In this document: positions 1-8,609 of the stretch, piece by piece | Position numbering within the stretch: the first letter of the stretch is position 1 | Layout: the number at the start of each line of letters is the position of its first letter | Assembly: GCA_007376205.1 (NCBI GenBank) | Contig: VMFU01000007.1 | Location: forward strand, 14,118-78,117 | DNA: 64,000 nt | DNA from: Candidatus Peregrinibacteria bacterium Gr01-1014_25 | GTDB taxonomy: Bacteria; Patescibacteriota; Gracilibacteria; Peribacterales; Peribacteraceae | Direction: 5' to 3' | Position numbers and translations under genes: made by a program | The notes under the pieces: model-generated | Told to the model about the DNA's origin: nothing | Database searches by the model: none | What the model saw: only the letters and a program-made list of their open reading frames with translations

Positions 1-3000
1 GACGTGCGTGCCGTCATCACCGAGGTCCTCTGGGCCGGCAGCGATGTCAGCAGCAGTGACGAGTGGGTGGGGATAGGGTGTATTGAGGGTCAGGAGGGTA
101 TGGTGAGTACAGGAGGTGTAGAGCGATGTGCGGTAGGCGGTTGGACGTTGACGTCGGTCAACGGTGCGGGGCAGGAAGTAACGATCGCACGATTAACCGT
201 TGGCGCGTCGATCCCCGCTGGCAGCGAAGCGGTGATCAGCCGCATGACGCGCGAGGCGTCGCGCCTGGACGTCGATCCATTCCTTATCAGTCCCGACCTG
301 ACGCTCCCGAATACCAAGCTCCTTCTTCGGTTGCGCGATGCCTCGGGAGCCGTCGCAGACATCGTCGATGACGGAGCGGGAAGCCCGCTTGCCGGTGCGA
401 ACCCGAGTGGCGGAACCGGCCGCGCGAGCATGGAGCGCATTGATCCTCGCGCGTCCGGGACGGACGCGGCGAACTGGCGGACGGCGACCGAGAGCAGGGG
501 ATTCGATGCCGGCGCGCAGGTGATGGGAAGCCCGGGGCTTCTTGAGGAGACCGAGGTGACCGACGTAACCGAGGAAACCAAGGATGACGGAACAAGCAGT
601 TCCTCGGTCTCTTCAGTCTCTTCGGCTTCGTCGGTCTCCTGTCGCTCCGTCGTCCCCGACATCGTCATCCAATCCGGCTCTCCGCGGGGCATCGGCAAGA
701 TCACGATCAACGTGCAGGCCGTCGCCCGCGAAGGGTCGCTCCAGGGAGCTGTATGTCGCTGGGAGTATCCCGACGGATGGAAGAGCGAGAGTTGCAACCC
801 GCCCGTCCGGACGGTGCGGACGGAGGGCGCCTCCGCAATCCGCCTCGCAGTCACGGATGCATGCGGCAATCTAACGACGCGCGATCTGCCGGTGGAGGTG
901 ATCTCGCAGACCGAGGAAGAAATTGCACAGAGATGTATTCCAACAGCATTCACTGGCGTGTTGTTGAGCGAACTCTCGCCCATGGGCGATGAGTGGATCG
1001 AGCTTGTAAACCATAGCGGCATGGAGCGGATTCTCTGCAGATGGAGCATCGACGACGGCGACGGCGGCAGTGCCGCATTCGCTCTCGACGCGCAGCGCAT
1101 CGGCGATGGGGGCCGGCTGCTGCTCCCCCGGAAGCTCACGAGCATTGCCCTGAACGACGACGGCGATAGTGCGCGCCTCTTCGCGCCGTCGCTTCGCGGG
1201 CAGTCGGGAGGACTGGTCGATGTACTGACGTATGAGGACATCGAGGAGGAGCACGTTCTTGCGCGCCGCGAGGACGACGGCACGTGGCTTCAGACTCCCT
1301 ATCCGACGCCGGGCGATAGGAACCGTTTCCGCGATCCGCTCGCAGTGAGCGGCCGCGCGTCGCTCGCTATCACGGCGGCGCTTCCGAATCCCGCGGGTGA
1401 GGACGATGGCGGCGAATGGATCGAGATTACAAACATCGGCGGACGCCCGGCGTTGTTGCGGGGCATGTCGCTGATCATCCGGAGCCCTTCGGGAAGGGAA
1501 AATCGGGTGGCTCTCCCCGCGGACGCCGCCCTTGCCAGACTGGAAGTCATGGCTCTGCATGGGGATGAATTCGCTCTTCGATTGCCAAGCGACGGCGGGA
1601 CGGTTGTGCTCGTGGATACCGATGGCAACGCACTTTCCGCGCTGTCGTGGGACCACACAGGTGAGGGCAAGATCGTCCGTGCCTCCGCGGATCGGCCGGA
1701 GGTTGTTCGCGCCGAAGTCCTCGCCGTGATCGATGGTGACACCATCGACGTGCGCACGCTCGATGATCGCGGAGCCCTTGCGGATGCGATGTTGCCCGAT
1801 GTGTTTCGCGTCCGGCTTCTCGGTATTGATGCACCCGAGAACCGCGAGCCGGGGAGCGCGGAAGCGGCCGCTGCGTTGGAGTTTCTCCTCGCCGATCGTC
1901 CGCTCCATTTGCTGTTCGACCGCCAGCGCAACGACCAATACGGACGCTTCCTCGCGTACGTCGAAGACGCGGAAACGCGCGACGATATCGGACGTCTCCT
2001 CCTGCGGCGCGGTCTTGTGAGCGTGCTCACTGCATTTCCTTTCGCGCGCATGGACGACTACCGCGCGGTTGAGGAGGACGCGCGCAGAGATGCCGTCGGC
2101 ATCTGGTCCACGTTCACGCGCGGCGATATTCTCCAGAGCCGGAAAACAAACGATGTTCTGCAGACGATCGTCAGCGATGGCTTCGCCGTCGCCGCCGATC
2201 CGCCGCCCGGCATTGTCGCATCGGGAACGCTGCTCCGGCTGCGCACCGACATCAATGCTGCCTTATTCGTCTCGGTGAATTCGGGAGCGTACCAATTGTC
2301 CGATGGTGATCTGCTCATCAATGCGCCGGCAGTCATCCGCGCCTACGCGGTTGCGTCCGGCGTGCAGCCGTCGTGCGGCACGGTCGCAACCCCGGTCTGG
2401 AGCGGCCGGTACGACGTGTATCAACCCGTCGAACAGCCTGTCACTATCGGTGAAATTCTGCCGTCGCCACCGTTAGGCGAGACCGAGTGGATCGAACTCA
2501 TGACGACAGGCAGCGGGGTGGTGAGCCTTGGCGGATGGACGGTCGACGATGTGCGCGGCGGAGGCAGCCGGCCGTGGGTGATTCCGCTGGGGACGATTTT
2601 GTCGGCGAAAGAGCCCTTGCTGTTGCGGAAAGATCAGACACATCTGACGCTGAACGATAGCGGCGATGACATCTGGCTCCTTCGGCCCGATGGGAGCGTC
2701 TCCGATCATGCAAACTACGCACATCTCAAGCGCGGGCAGAGCTGGACTCCGGAGTGCGTCACGTCCACGCCGACGCCGGGCACAGAAAATCGCTGCGAAT
2801 CAACGCCGGTTTTGTCGCTTATAAAAGGGCTGAAGTCGAAAAAGACCAAGGCGAGAAAGCCGCGGACATCTCCCGCAGGATTCCCCCCGCTGCTCCCCGC
2901 TGTTTCTTGGAGCGACGGGTCGTCGCTGACAATGGATATTCGCTCTGTCGCTGATACTCGTGGAGCCCTAACCCTAGCCATTTTAATCCTTACAATGGGC

Positions 3001-3051
3001 GTACAAGGCGCGGCCCTCTGGGCAGTGCGCAGACAGGGGGTTGCTGCATGA
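1..3051 (+). CDS. Membrane-anchored extracellular nuclease with four lamin-tail-domain (LTD)-like modules and a staphylococcal-nuclease (SNase) domain; 5' end cut by the window edge
   Basis: The frame is open to nt 1. LTD-like segments are VITEVLWAGS..DEWVGI, LLSELSPMGDEWIELVNHSG, ITAALPNPAGEDDGGEWIEITNIGG and IGEILPSPPLGETEWIELMTTGSG. The SNase core (about nt 1711-2115) reads VIDGDTIDVR..VRLLGIDAPE..NDQYGRFLAYV..RRDAVGIWS. The C-terminal hydrophobic helix is LTLAILILTMGVQGAALWAV. Confidence 0.8.
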   Translation, partial: DVRAVITEVLWAGSDVSSSDEWVGIGCIEGQEGMVSTGGVERCAVGGWTLTSVNGAGQEVTIARLTVGASIPAGSEAVISRMTREASRLDVDPFLISPDLTLPNTKLLLRLRDASGAVADIVDDGAGSPLAGANPSGGTGRASMERIDPRASGTDAANWRTATESRGFDAGAQVMGSPGLLEETEVTDVTEETKDDGTSSSSVSSVSSASSVSCRSVVPDIVIQSGSPRGIGKITINVQAVAREGSLQGAVCRWEYPDGWKSESCNPPVRTVRTEGASAIRLAVTDACGNLTTRDLPVEVISQTEEEIAQRCIPTAFTGVLLSELSPMGDEWIELVNHSGMERILCRWSIDDGDGGSAAFALDAQRIGDGGRLLLPRKLTSIALNDDGDSARLFAPSLRGQSGGLVDVLTYEDIEEEHVLARREDDGTWLQTPYPTPGDRNRFRDPLAVSGRASLAITAALPNPAGEDDGGEWIEITNIGGRPALLRGMSLIIRSPSGRENRVALPADAALARLEVMALHGDEFALRLPSDGGTVVLVDTDGNALSALSWDHTGEGKIVRASADRPEVVRAEVLAVIDGDTIDVRTLDDRGALADAMLPDVFRVRLLGIDAPENREPGSAEAAAALEFLLADRPLHLLFDRQRNDQYGRFLAYVEDAETRDDIGRLLLRRGLVSVLTAFPFARMDDYRAVEEDARRDAVGIWSTFTRGDILQSRKTNDVLQTIVSDGFAVAADPPPGIVASGTLLRLRTDINAALFVSVNSGAYQLSDGDLLINAPAVIRAYAVASGVQPSCGTVATPVWSGRYDVYQPVEQPVTIGEILPSPPLGETEWIELMTTGSGVVSLGGWTVDDVRGGGSRPWVIPLGTILSAKEPLLLRKDQTHLTLNDSGDDIWLLRPDGSVSDHANYAHLKRGQSWTPECVTSTPTPGTENRCESTPVLSLIKGLKSKKTKARKPRTSPAGFPPLLPAVSWSDGSSLTMDIRSVADTRGALTLAILILTMGVQGAALWAVRRQGVAA
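544..588 (+). repeat. GAG-GAA-ACC-type 9-nt-periodic motif, in frame in the nuclease CDS (EETEVTDVTEETKDD)
   Basis: gaggagaccgaggtgaccgacgtaaccgaggaaaccaaggatgac. Confidence 0.6.
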
Positions 3052-3073
3052 CGGCGTAGGGCAGAGAAAAGCA

Positions 3074-3102
3074 TTGCCGAAAAGCCTCAAATCTGCTACA
3101 CT
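3074..3102 (+). promoter_or_regulatory. Sigma-70-like promoter TTGCCG-17-TACACT
   Basis: The hexamers are at 3074-3079 and 3097-3102. The first in-frame ATG (3110) is 7 nt after the -10 box. Confidence 0.45.
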
Positions 3103-3109
3103 AGTGGGA

Positions 3110-4261
3110 ATGCTCAAACAAAAAAACACAGCCGCATTGGGCATGGCGATGTCCCGCCTATGCGGGAGAGAGGGCAGGCTCCTCAAGCAGCAGCTGACCC
3201 CGCAGGAGGTGGCTGATCTCGAAGCGGTGATCCAGCAGCCCACCTTCAACGCTTTGGCGCCCCAGCAGCGCGTGAATGCCGTTCGCACAGCGATCAATCA
3301 GATTTTGCAGCGTCGTCCGGCGCAGCCTAACCAACCTGCACAACCCAATGCCCCGGCTGGCGGCAACAACGCTGCGGCGAATGTCGTCCCGCCGGTTGCC
3401 GCGGCCTTTATGCCGGGTGGTAACGCCCCGGCGCCTGAAAAAACACACAGTCTGCCGCGGGCGCTGACCATCGGCGCTTCGACCGCGGCGGTTCCGGCCG
3501 CGGCGGCGCTGGCAGCTACGGCATGGAGCCCAACGTTCCTCGGGCTGACCACCGGTCCCATGATTGGAGCTGGTGCAACCCTGGGATTTCCTGCTGCGGT
3601 TGGAGCGGGAGCTGGATACTGGCTCGGAAAAAAGGTTGGTCATCCGGTGGCGGGTACGGCCGCAGGGTTTGCCGCCGGCACGGTTGGCGGATACGCAATC
3701 CTCTCGCAGATTCCCGCTCTTGCCGGTTTGGGCTTGAGCGTATCGGCCTTGCCCGTCGCCGGTGCCATCGCTGCTCCGGCCATCGGCGCCGCCGGCGCCT
3801 ACGGTCTGGGCCGCGTTCACCGCTGGGCATGGGATACGCCGCATGATGTTGGAACCTGGGGAACCCTCGGCCGTGGTGTCCTCGCCCCTGCGACGCTCCT
3901 CGCGGGCCGACCGCTCAACTGGCTCCATGAGAAGGCGTGGAGCGCCAACAAATCGACGCACCGCGGAACGCAGCTGCTCCGGACGCTGATCGCGCCGGCC
4001 TCCGTACCGACGGGGATCGTGTGGAACCGCGCCGGCGTCGGCGCAATGCTCGGGGGCCTGTGGCGTGGGTTCGGATTCGACTACAAGCCCAAGCATGAGT
4101 CGGGCTGGAAGAGTTACACCGAGGCGCTTGGCTCGATTCCGGGCCGCATTATCCGCTGGCCGTTCTCCGCGATCGCCAAGGTCCCGGGCAAGGTGAAGAG
4201 CGCCTGGCACTACCTCTTCGACAAGACTGGCGGCGCATCATCTTCCGCTCCCTCGCACTAA
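3110..4261 (+). CDS. Hypothetical Gly/Ala-rich multi-pass membrane protein
   Basis: This ORF is in the 3041 frame. The first ATG (3110) lies 7 nt after a TACACT -10 box. There are several long G/A/L/I hydrophobic stretches. The antisense ORF is Arg-rich and looks spurious. The start is uncertain. Confidence 0.55.
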   Translation: MLKQKNTAALGMAMSRLCGREGRLLKQQLTPQEVADLEAVIQQPTFNALAPQQRVNAVRTAINQILQRRPAQPNQPAQPNAPAGGNNAAANVVPPVAAAFMPGGNAPAPEKTHSLPRALTIGASTAAVPAAAALAATAWSPTFLGLTTGPMIGAGATLGFPAAVGAGAGYWLGKKVGHPVAGTAAGFAAGTVGGYAILSQIPALAGLGLSVSALPVAGAIAAPAIGAAGAYGLGRVHRWAWDTPHDVGTWGTLGRGVLAPATLLAGRPLNWLHEKAWSANKSTHRGTQLLRTLIAPASVPTGIVWNRAGVGAMLGGLWRGFGFDYKPKHESGWKSYTEALGSIPGRIIRWPFSAIAKVPGKVKSAWHYLFDKTGGASSSAPSH

Positions 4262-4264
4262 ACC

Positions 4265-6949
4265 ATGCCTTTCCCCAATGCTCCCGACGGCATGAACCTT
4301 CCCGGCATGTGGGACCAAGACCCCAATCTGCCGCCGATGCCACAGGGCTTCGATACGCACGGAGCCGGTTGGCAGGGAATGCCGATGATGCCGATGGAGA
4401 TGCCCCAACCGATGGTACAGCCGGTGTGGCCGGGCATGCTGCCCGCCGAGGGCGAAGTGCCCTTCGAGACGCCGCTCTCCGGTCGCATGGACGCGCGCAT
4501 CCCCGGAACGCTCGAGCAGGCCAACCTGCACCGCCTCGGCGTCGAATCGCAGCATGCGGTGATGGGCGGCGAGATCAACCAGCTGGCGATGCACGAGTGG
4601 AACGCCCGTCCGTGGATGGCATATCCGTTCCTCGCGCAGCGCCTGACGCCCAGTCCCGCCCTCGCCGCGCTCGAAGAGTGGTATGCGGTGGCGTCACAGG
4701 CGGGAGACCCGCGGATGGGCGACGCGTTCGCCCAGCAGTGGGCGGTGGAGAATCCGGAGATGGCCGCGCTCGTCCGTCAGGAAATCCTGGCGCTCGGCCG
4801 AGGGCTGGGCGACGTCCAGCAGGTGCGCACGAAAACCGCCGAACATCTGCGCTCGCTCAAGGAGGATCGCGCCGGTTTGAGCTCGCTCGAAGACAACCTG
4901 CGCAAGGGCAAGGAGTTCATCGTCGACGATTTCCGCAACCACCCGATGACGAGCGTCGCGGTCGTCGTCGCGGGCATCATGCTCTACAAGATGCTCAAGG
5001 GCACGCGTGCCGGAAAATTCCTCGGCATCGGCGCGGGCGTCCTCGTCATCAGCACATTCCTGAAAGATCGCTACGGCATTCAGATCGGCGAGAAGGCCGC
5101 GCAGTTCGCGGAGGGCGCGTTCGGCAAGAAAGCCGGCGACGCCGTCCGTAACTTCCGCGACACGCTGCGCCGTCCGTTCGTCGGACCGGAAGGACAAGGC
5201 TCCGCCGTGGGCTTCCTGCAGGAGCGCATGGGCATCAACAGCAACGAAGAGAAGGTCGTTTTCCCCGCGCTCATCCGCCAGAACCCCCGCGAATTCCTTG
5301 CGTGGTACGACACCGCGCGCATGTGGCAGCACGCCGGCGTGCCTGCGACGGCCGATCTTCCGCCCGGTCTGAAAAAGGCGCTTTCCGGCCCGAGCGTTCC
5401 CACGTGGTTCAAGTCCCTGACGAAGAGCCAGAGGGTCGAGATCGTTCTCCGCGTCGCCGACAAGATGTTCGGGCACATCGCGCGCAGCGCGCCCGGCATC
5501 GATCCGGTCGCGTACGTCATGACGCGCTATGTCGAGGGCACGCAGTTCCAGGACGAGTACGGTCAGTGGCATAACTCGGTTATGAACGCGCAGCCCGGCG
5601 ACGAGCTGTACCAGATGCAGATGTTCGATCCGACGATGCGCGACATCGCGGGAGGGTTCCAGAAGCAGACGCGCAACGGCGCGAAGTCGATGGACTTCCT
5701 CGACATCCTTCTTATGGAGATGCGCGACAACGACTGGAACGATTTGAAGACCTACAACGGTGCCGGTTGGAGCGCCAACGAGGTCTGGAAGGGGACGAAA
5801 GCCGGCGCGACGGCCGCGGTCGAGTTCGGCCAGGACTGGGTCGCGCGGCCGCTCATCAACCTGTTCACGACGCATATCCCCAGCTTCTGGAAGAACGATG
5901 TGAAGCCGTTCATGGACCGCAATGGCATCACGCAGGAGAACTTCGAGAAGCAGTTCATGAAGGCGTACCGCGAAGCGAAAGCGGCGGGCAAAGATGTCGT
6001 GACCTTCGCGGAGGGGACGACGGTATGGCGTGCACTCAAGAGCATGGGCATTCTCACCTTCAATCAGGCAACGCGCGCATGGGAAATGTCCGCAGATCAG
6101 GCCGAACGTCTGGCGGTATACCTTGAGTGGCAGCGCATTGAACAGCGCGCGAATGCCGCAAAATTCCAGGAGTGGCGCCAGGACGTGTGGGATGCGAATG
6201 CATCTCAATTGCGCCCTCAAGTGCTTCCTGGCGGCATTACGGTTCCGCCCGGCCGTCGGGGATTTTTGGTCAATCCCAATGTGCCGGCAACGCGACAGAT
6301 GTGGGACCTGCTCGTGGAAATTCGCGTCATTCAGGATGGACTGCAAACAGTGCAGGGTCCGGCGGGGGAGACGGTCATCACCATCAGCGATGCCGACGCA
6401 TCACGTCTGAATGCGTGGCTGATTGCGGTGAATTCTTTCCTATTTACAACTGCTGGCCAGGGCGCCAGTAATGGTCAGGCCGGAGGAGGCCTGCCGAACA
6501 ATGTTGCCGGCAGCGGCCCTGCAGGCGGCGTGAACCAGCCGGCGAATGCGCAGACTCAACCGAATATTGCAGGAACCCATAACAAGCTGTCACCCGAGCG
6601 CGTCCAGCAACTCATCGGCGCGCTCCAATCCCGCATCGATGCTCTCGGATTCACATCAGTGAAATTGCGTCCCAGCGGATCCCATCCGGGCGATATCGAA
6701 ATTTGTCAGGCGGATGTGAACTTCAATGCGGCACAGCCCGAACTGATCGCGCGTACGAATGCCGATAATCTCGCAGTGGATATTGCAAACGCGGCACAAC
6801 TGCAAGCGATGGCTTCGGCTACTCACCAAGCTTATGCGCGATGGCTCCGTCACTTCAGCACCGAACAGCGGCGTCTTGATACAAATAAGAATCTCTTCGA
6901 TGCAAGGATACCAACGACGGGCGAGCCGGCCCCGCCTGTAGACCTCTGA
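4265..6949 (+). CDS. Hypothetical 894-aa protein with a Pro/Met/Gln-rich N-terminus and two predicted TM helices
   Basis: It starts 3 nt after the previous stop. The N-terminus is MPFPNAPDGMNLPGMWDQDPNLPPMPQG..MPMMPMEMPQPMVQPVWPGM. The hydrophobic segments are MTSVAVVVAGIMLYKML and FLGIGAGVLVISTFL. Amino-acid composition is otherwise ordinary. I recognise no family. Confidence 0.65.
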   Translation: MPFPNAPDGMNLPGMWDQDPNLPPMPQGFDTHGAGWQGMPMMPMEMPQPMVQPVWPGMLPAEGEVPFETPLSGRMDARIPGTLEQANLHRLGVESQHAVMGGEINQLAMHEWNARPWMAYPFLAQRLTPSPALAALEEWYAVASQAGDPRMGDAFAQQWAVENPEMAALVRQEILALGRGLGDVQQVRTKTAEHLRSLKEDRAGLSSLEDNLRKGKEFIVDDFRNHPMTSVAVVVAGIMLYKMLKGTRAGKFLGIGAGVLVISTFLKDRYGIQIGEKAAQFAEGAFGKKAGDAVRNFRDTLRRPFVGPEGQGSAVGFLQERMGINSNEEKVVFPALIRQNPREFLAWYDTARMWQHAGVPATADLPPGLKKALSGPSVPTWFKSLTKSQRVEIVLRVADKMFGHIARSAPGIDPVAYVMTRYVEGTQFQDEYGQWHNSVMNAQPGDELYQMQMFDPTMRDIAGGFQKQTRNGAKSMDFLDILLMEMRDNDWNDLKTYNGAGWSANEVWKGTKAGATAAVEFGQDWVARPLINLFTTHIPSFWKNDVKPFMDRNGITQENFEKQFMKAYREAKAAGKDVVTFAEGTTVWRALKSMGILTFNQATRAWEMSADQAERLAVYLEWQRIEQRANAAKFQEWRQDVWDANASQLRPQVLPGGITVPPGRRGFLVNPNVPATRQMWDLLVEIRVIQDGLQTVQGPAGETVITISDADASRLNAWLIAVNSFLFTTAGQGASNGQAGGGLPNNVAGSGPAGGVNQPANAQTQPNIAGTHNKLSPERVQQLIGALQSRIDALGFTSVKLRPSGSHPGDIEICQADVNFNAAQPELIARTNADNLAVDIANAAQLQAMASATHQAYARWLRHFSTEQRRLDTNKNLFDARIPTTGEPAPPVDL

Positions 6950-6954
6950 AGACA

Positions 6955-6989
6955 TCAAAAAAACCCGAACGCGCTTGCGCGCGCTCGGG
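6955..6989 (-). terminator. Intrinsic terminator shared by convergent genes
   Basis: The GC-rich hairpin is CCCGAACGCGC-ttgc-GCGCGCTCGGG (11 bp, one mismatch). On the minus strand it is followed by TTTTTTT (plus-strand A-tract 6957-6963). Confidence 0.7.
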
Positions 6990-6995
6990 CAATAG

Positions 6996-7670
6996 TCAGT
7001 TCCCTCCGGCATCGACCATCCGGTAGGACGGCTGAATCAGCAGACACTGTGCTTTGTGCTGCTCCCCACGGTGCGGCGGTCCGAGCTTTTGTGTCAGTCC
7101 GCCCATGACTTTCTGCATCCATGCTGTGCTGTATGCCGGTGTCCAGATGTCCTCCTGGAACACCAGCGGCACCATGCACAGTTTTCCGGGCGGATTGAGC
7201 GCTTGCTTGCTCTTATCCAGCGCATTGCAGAACACCCACGCACCGCTGATGCGTTGCAGATCCTCGCTTACCATGAACTGCACCTTCAGGATTTCCTTTC
7301 CCTTCACTCTGTTGCCCGTCGATACCGGCCTCTCGAAGGCGAAATCGACTTCCTTGACGAGAGTATCGATCTGTTCCGGAGACAGGTCTTCGTTTTTCAG
7401 GGTGAAGTGGTAGGGCTTTATTCTGAAGTTGACGTCGAAGTTCGCCTTCCGCATCTCGTTGTATGAGAGCAGGTCGGCGAGTGCCTGGGTCATGGGGAGG
7501 AGGGGATCCCCGAGCGTGACGGCAGGAGGTGCGGGATTGTTGGCAGCAGGGCCCTGCCCCGACGTTTGCTGATCGGGTTTCAGTTTCAGGACGCCTGCCT
7601 GGTGCAGGAGGCCTGCCCCCACGCCCGCCACAATCACCGTGGCGACCAGAGCAATGAGAACCTTCTTCAT
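6996..7670 (-). CDS. Hypothetical secreted protein
   Basis: The internal ATG at 7670 is preceded by GGAGAAA. The signal-peptide-like N-terminus is MKKVLIALVATVIVAGVGAGLL. A terminator follows the stop. Confidence 0.65.
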   Translation of the reverse strand: MKKVLIALVATVIVAGVGAGLLHQAGVLKLKPDQQTSGQGPAANNPAPPAVTLGDPLLPMTQALADLLSYNEMRKANFDVNFRIKPYHFTLKNEDLSPEQIDTLVKEVDFAFERPVSTGNRVKGKEILKVQFMVSEDLQRISGAWVFCNALDKSKQALNPPGKLCMVPLVFQEDIWTPAYSTAWMQKVMGGLTQKLGPPHRGEQHKAQCLLIQPSYRMVDAGGN

Positions 7671-7770
7671 ACGCGTTTCTCCGCTTGTTGGACATCCGGT
7701 CATGCACCCACAATGGGTGCCGCGCCTATGCTGAAAGGAGCTTCGGACATAAAAGCAGAATAGGTGTTAT

Positions 7771-7787
7771 TTGTCAATATTTGACAA
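7771..7787. promoter_or_regulatory. Perfect inverted repeat TTGTCAA-TAT-TTGACAA overlapping the -35 box in a divergent intergenic region
   Basis: The 7-bp arms with a 3-nt spacer were read directly from the sequence. Confidence 0.4.
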
Positions 7788-7808
7788 AATCATGAAAATC
7801 ATGATAAT
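7781..7808 (+). promoter_or_regulatory. Sigma-70-like promoter TTGACA-16-GATAAT
   Basis: The hexamers are at 7781-7786 and 7803-7808, in an AT-rich island upstream of the 7883 gene. Confidence 0.6.
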
Positions 7809-7882
7809 TGGCTAGTTTGCAGGAGGCCTGCAGACGCTGTGGTCCTTCGCAGCAGCGGTTGTTCTCAAACGGAGAAAGTCCC

Positions 7883-8563
7883 ATGCCGGAAACTGTCAAA
7901 CCCAAGAAAATCGTCTTCTACGATTTTCCACCCTTCCTCTGTGCGTGGCTGATCATCGTGCCGGGGTTCCTCCTGGCCGGCCTGCACTACATCGCCCCGC
8001 AAACTGTTACCGAAAACGTCATCGGAGCGATCTGGGTGACCTGTGTCATCGCGCTCGTGACCACGAACGGCATCGACATCGATGCCCGTGGCACCATCAG
8101 CCTCATCCTCGTGCTCGTGATCGGTGGCCTGGCCGCCTGGATCCTGTCGATCTACGGCGTGCCGGTTCTGTCCCACATCATGCGGGTCATTGGCGGGCTG
8201 AACTTCAAGATCTCGGCCGAAGCCATGCTGTCCGTCAGTTCGCTCCTGGGATTCTTTTACATCGTCATGCTCCTAAACGTGTGGATCAACCACCGATGGG
8301 AGGTGACCCCAGGTTTCATTCAACGGTCAAAATGGTTCTGGACGAAGGAAGAGCAAATACCCATTCACGGCGAACATCGAATAACGCACGAGGTTGGAGA
8401 CCTCCTGGAATGGGTGTTCTGCATGGGCGCAGGAACGCTGCACGTTCCGCATGGAAGCGGAAGAGGAAAGCCTCTGAAGCTGTTCGTGATGGGAGTGAAG
8501 AGCCTGAGCGAGTCCATACAAGGCTTCGAAGCACTGCCAGTCACAACAAGTACCACTCCTTGA
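7883..8563 (+). CDS. Hypothetical multi-pass membrane protein
   Basis: The ATG at 7883 follows GGAGAAAG. A TTGACA-16-GATAAT promoter lies upstream. There are about four hydrophobic helices (FLCAWLIIVPGFLLAGL, AIWVTCVIALV, LILVLVIGGLAAWILSIYGV, SSLLGFFYIVMLL). Confidence 0.6.
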   Translation: MPETVKPKKIVFYDFPPFLCAWLIIVPGFLLAGLHYIAPQTVTENVIGAIWVTCVIALVTTNGIDIDARGTISLILVLVIGGLAAWILSIYGVPVLSHIMRVIGGLNFKISAEAMLSVSSLLGFFYIVMLLNVWINHRWEVTPGFIQRSKWFWTKEEQIPIHGEHRITHEVGDLLEWVFCMGAGTLHVPHGSGRGKPLKLFVMGVKSLSESIQGFEALPVTTSTTP

Positions 8564-8583
8564 TGTAACAACTCTGCTGCGTG

Positions 8584-8609
8584 ACCGGGTGCGCACAAAC
8601 GCGCCCGGT
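8584..8609. terminator. Hairpin between convergent stops (possible bidirectional terminator)
   Basis: ACCGGGTGCG-cacaaa-CGCGCCCGGT forms a 10-bp stem including one G-U pair. The following U-tract is weak (TCATTT). Confidence 0.45.
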
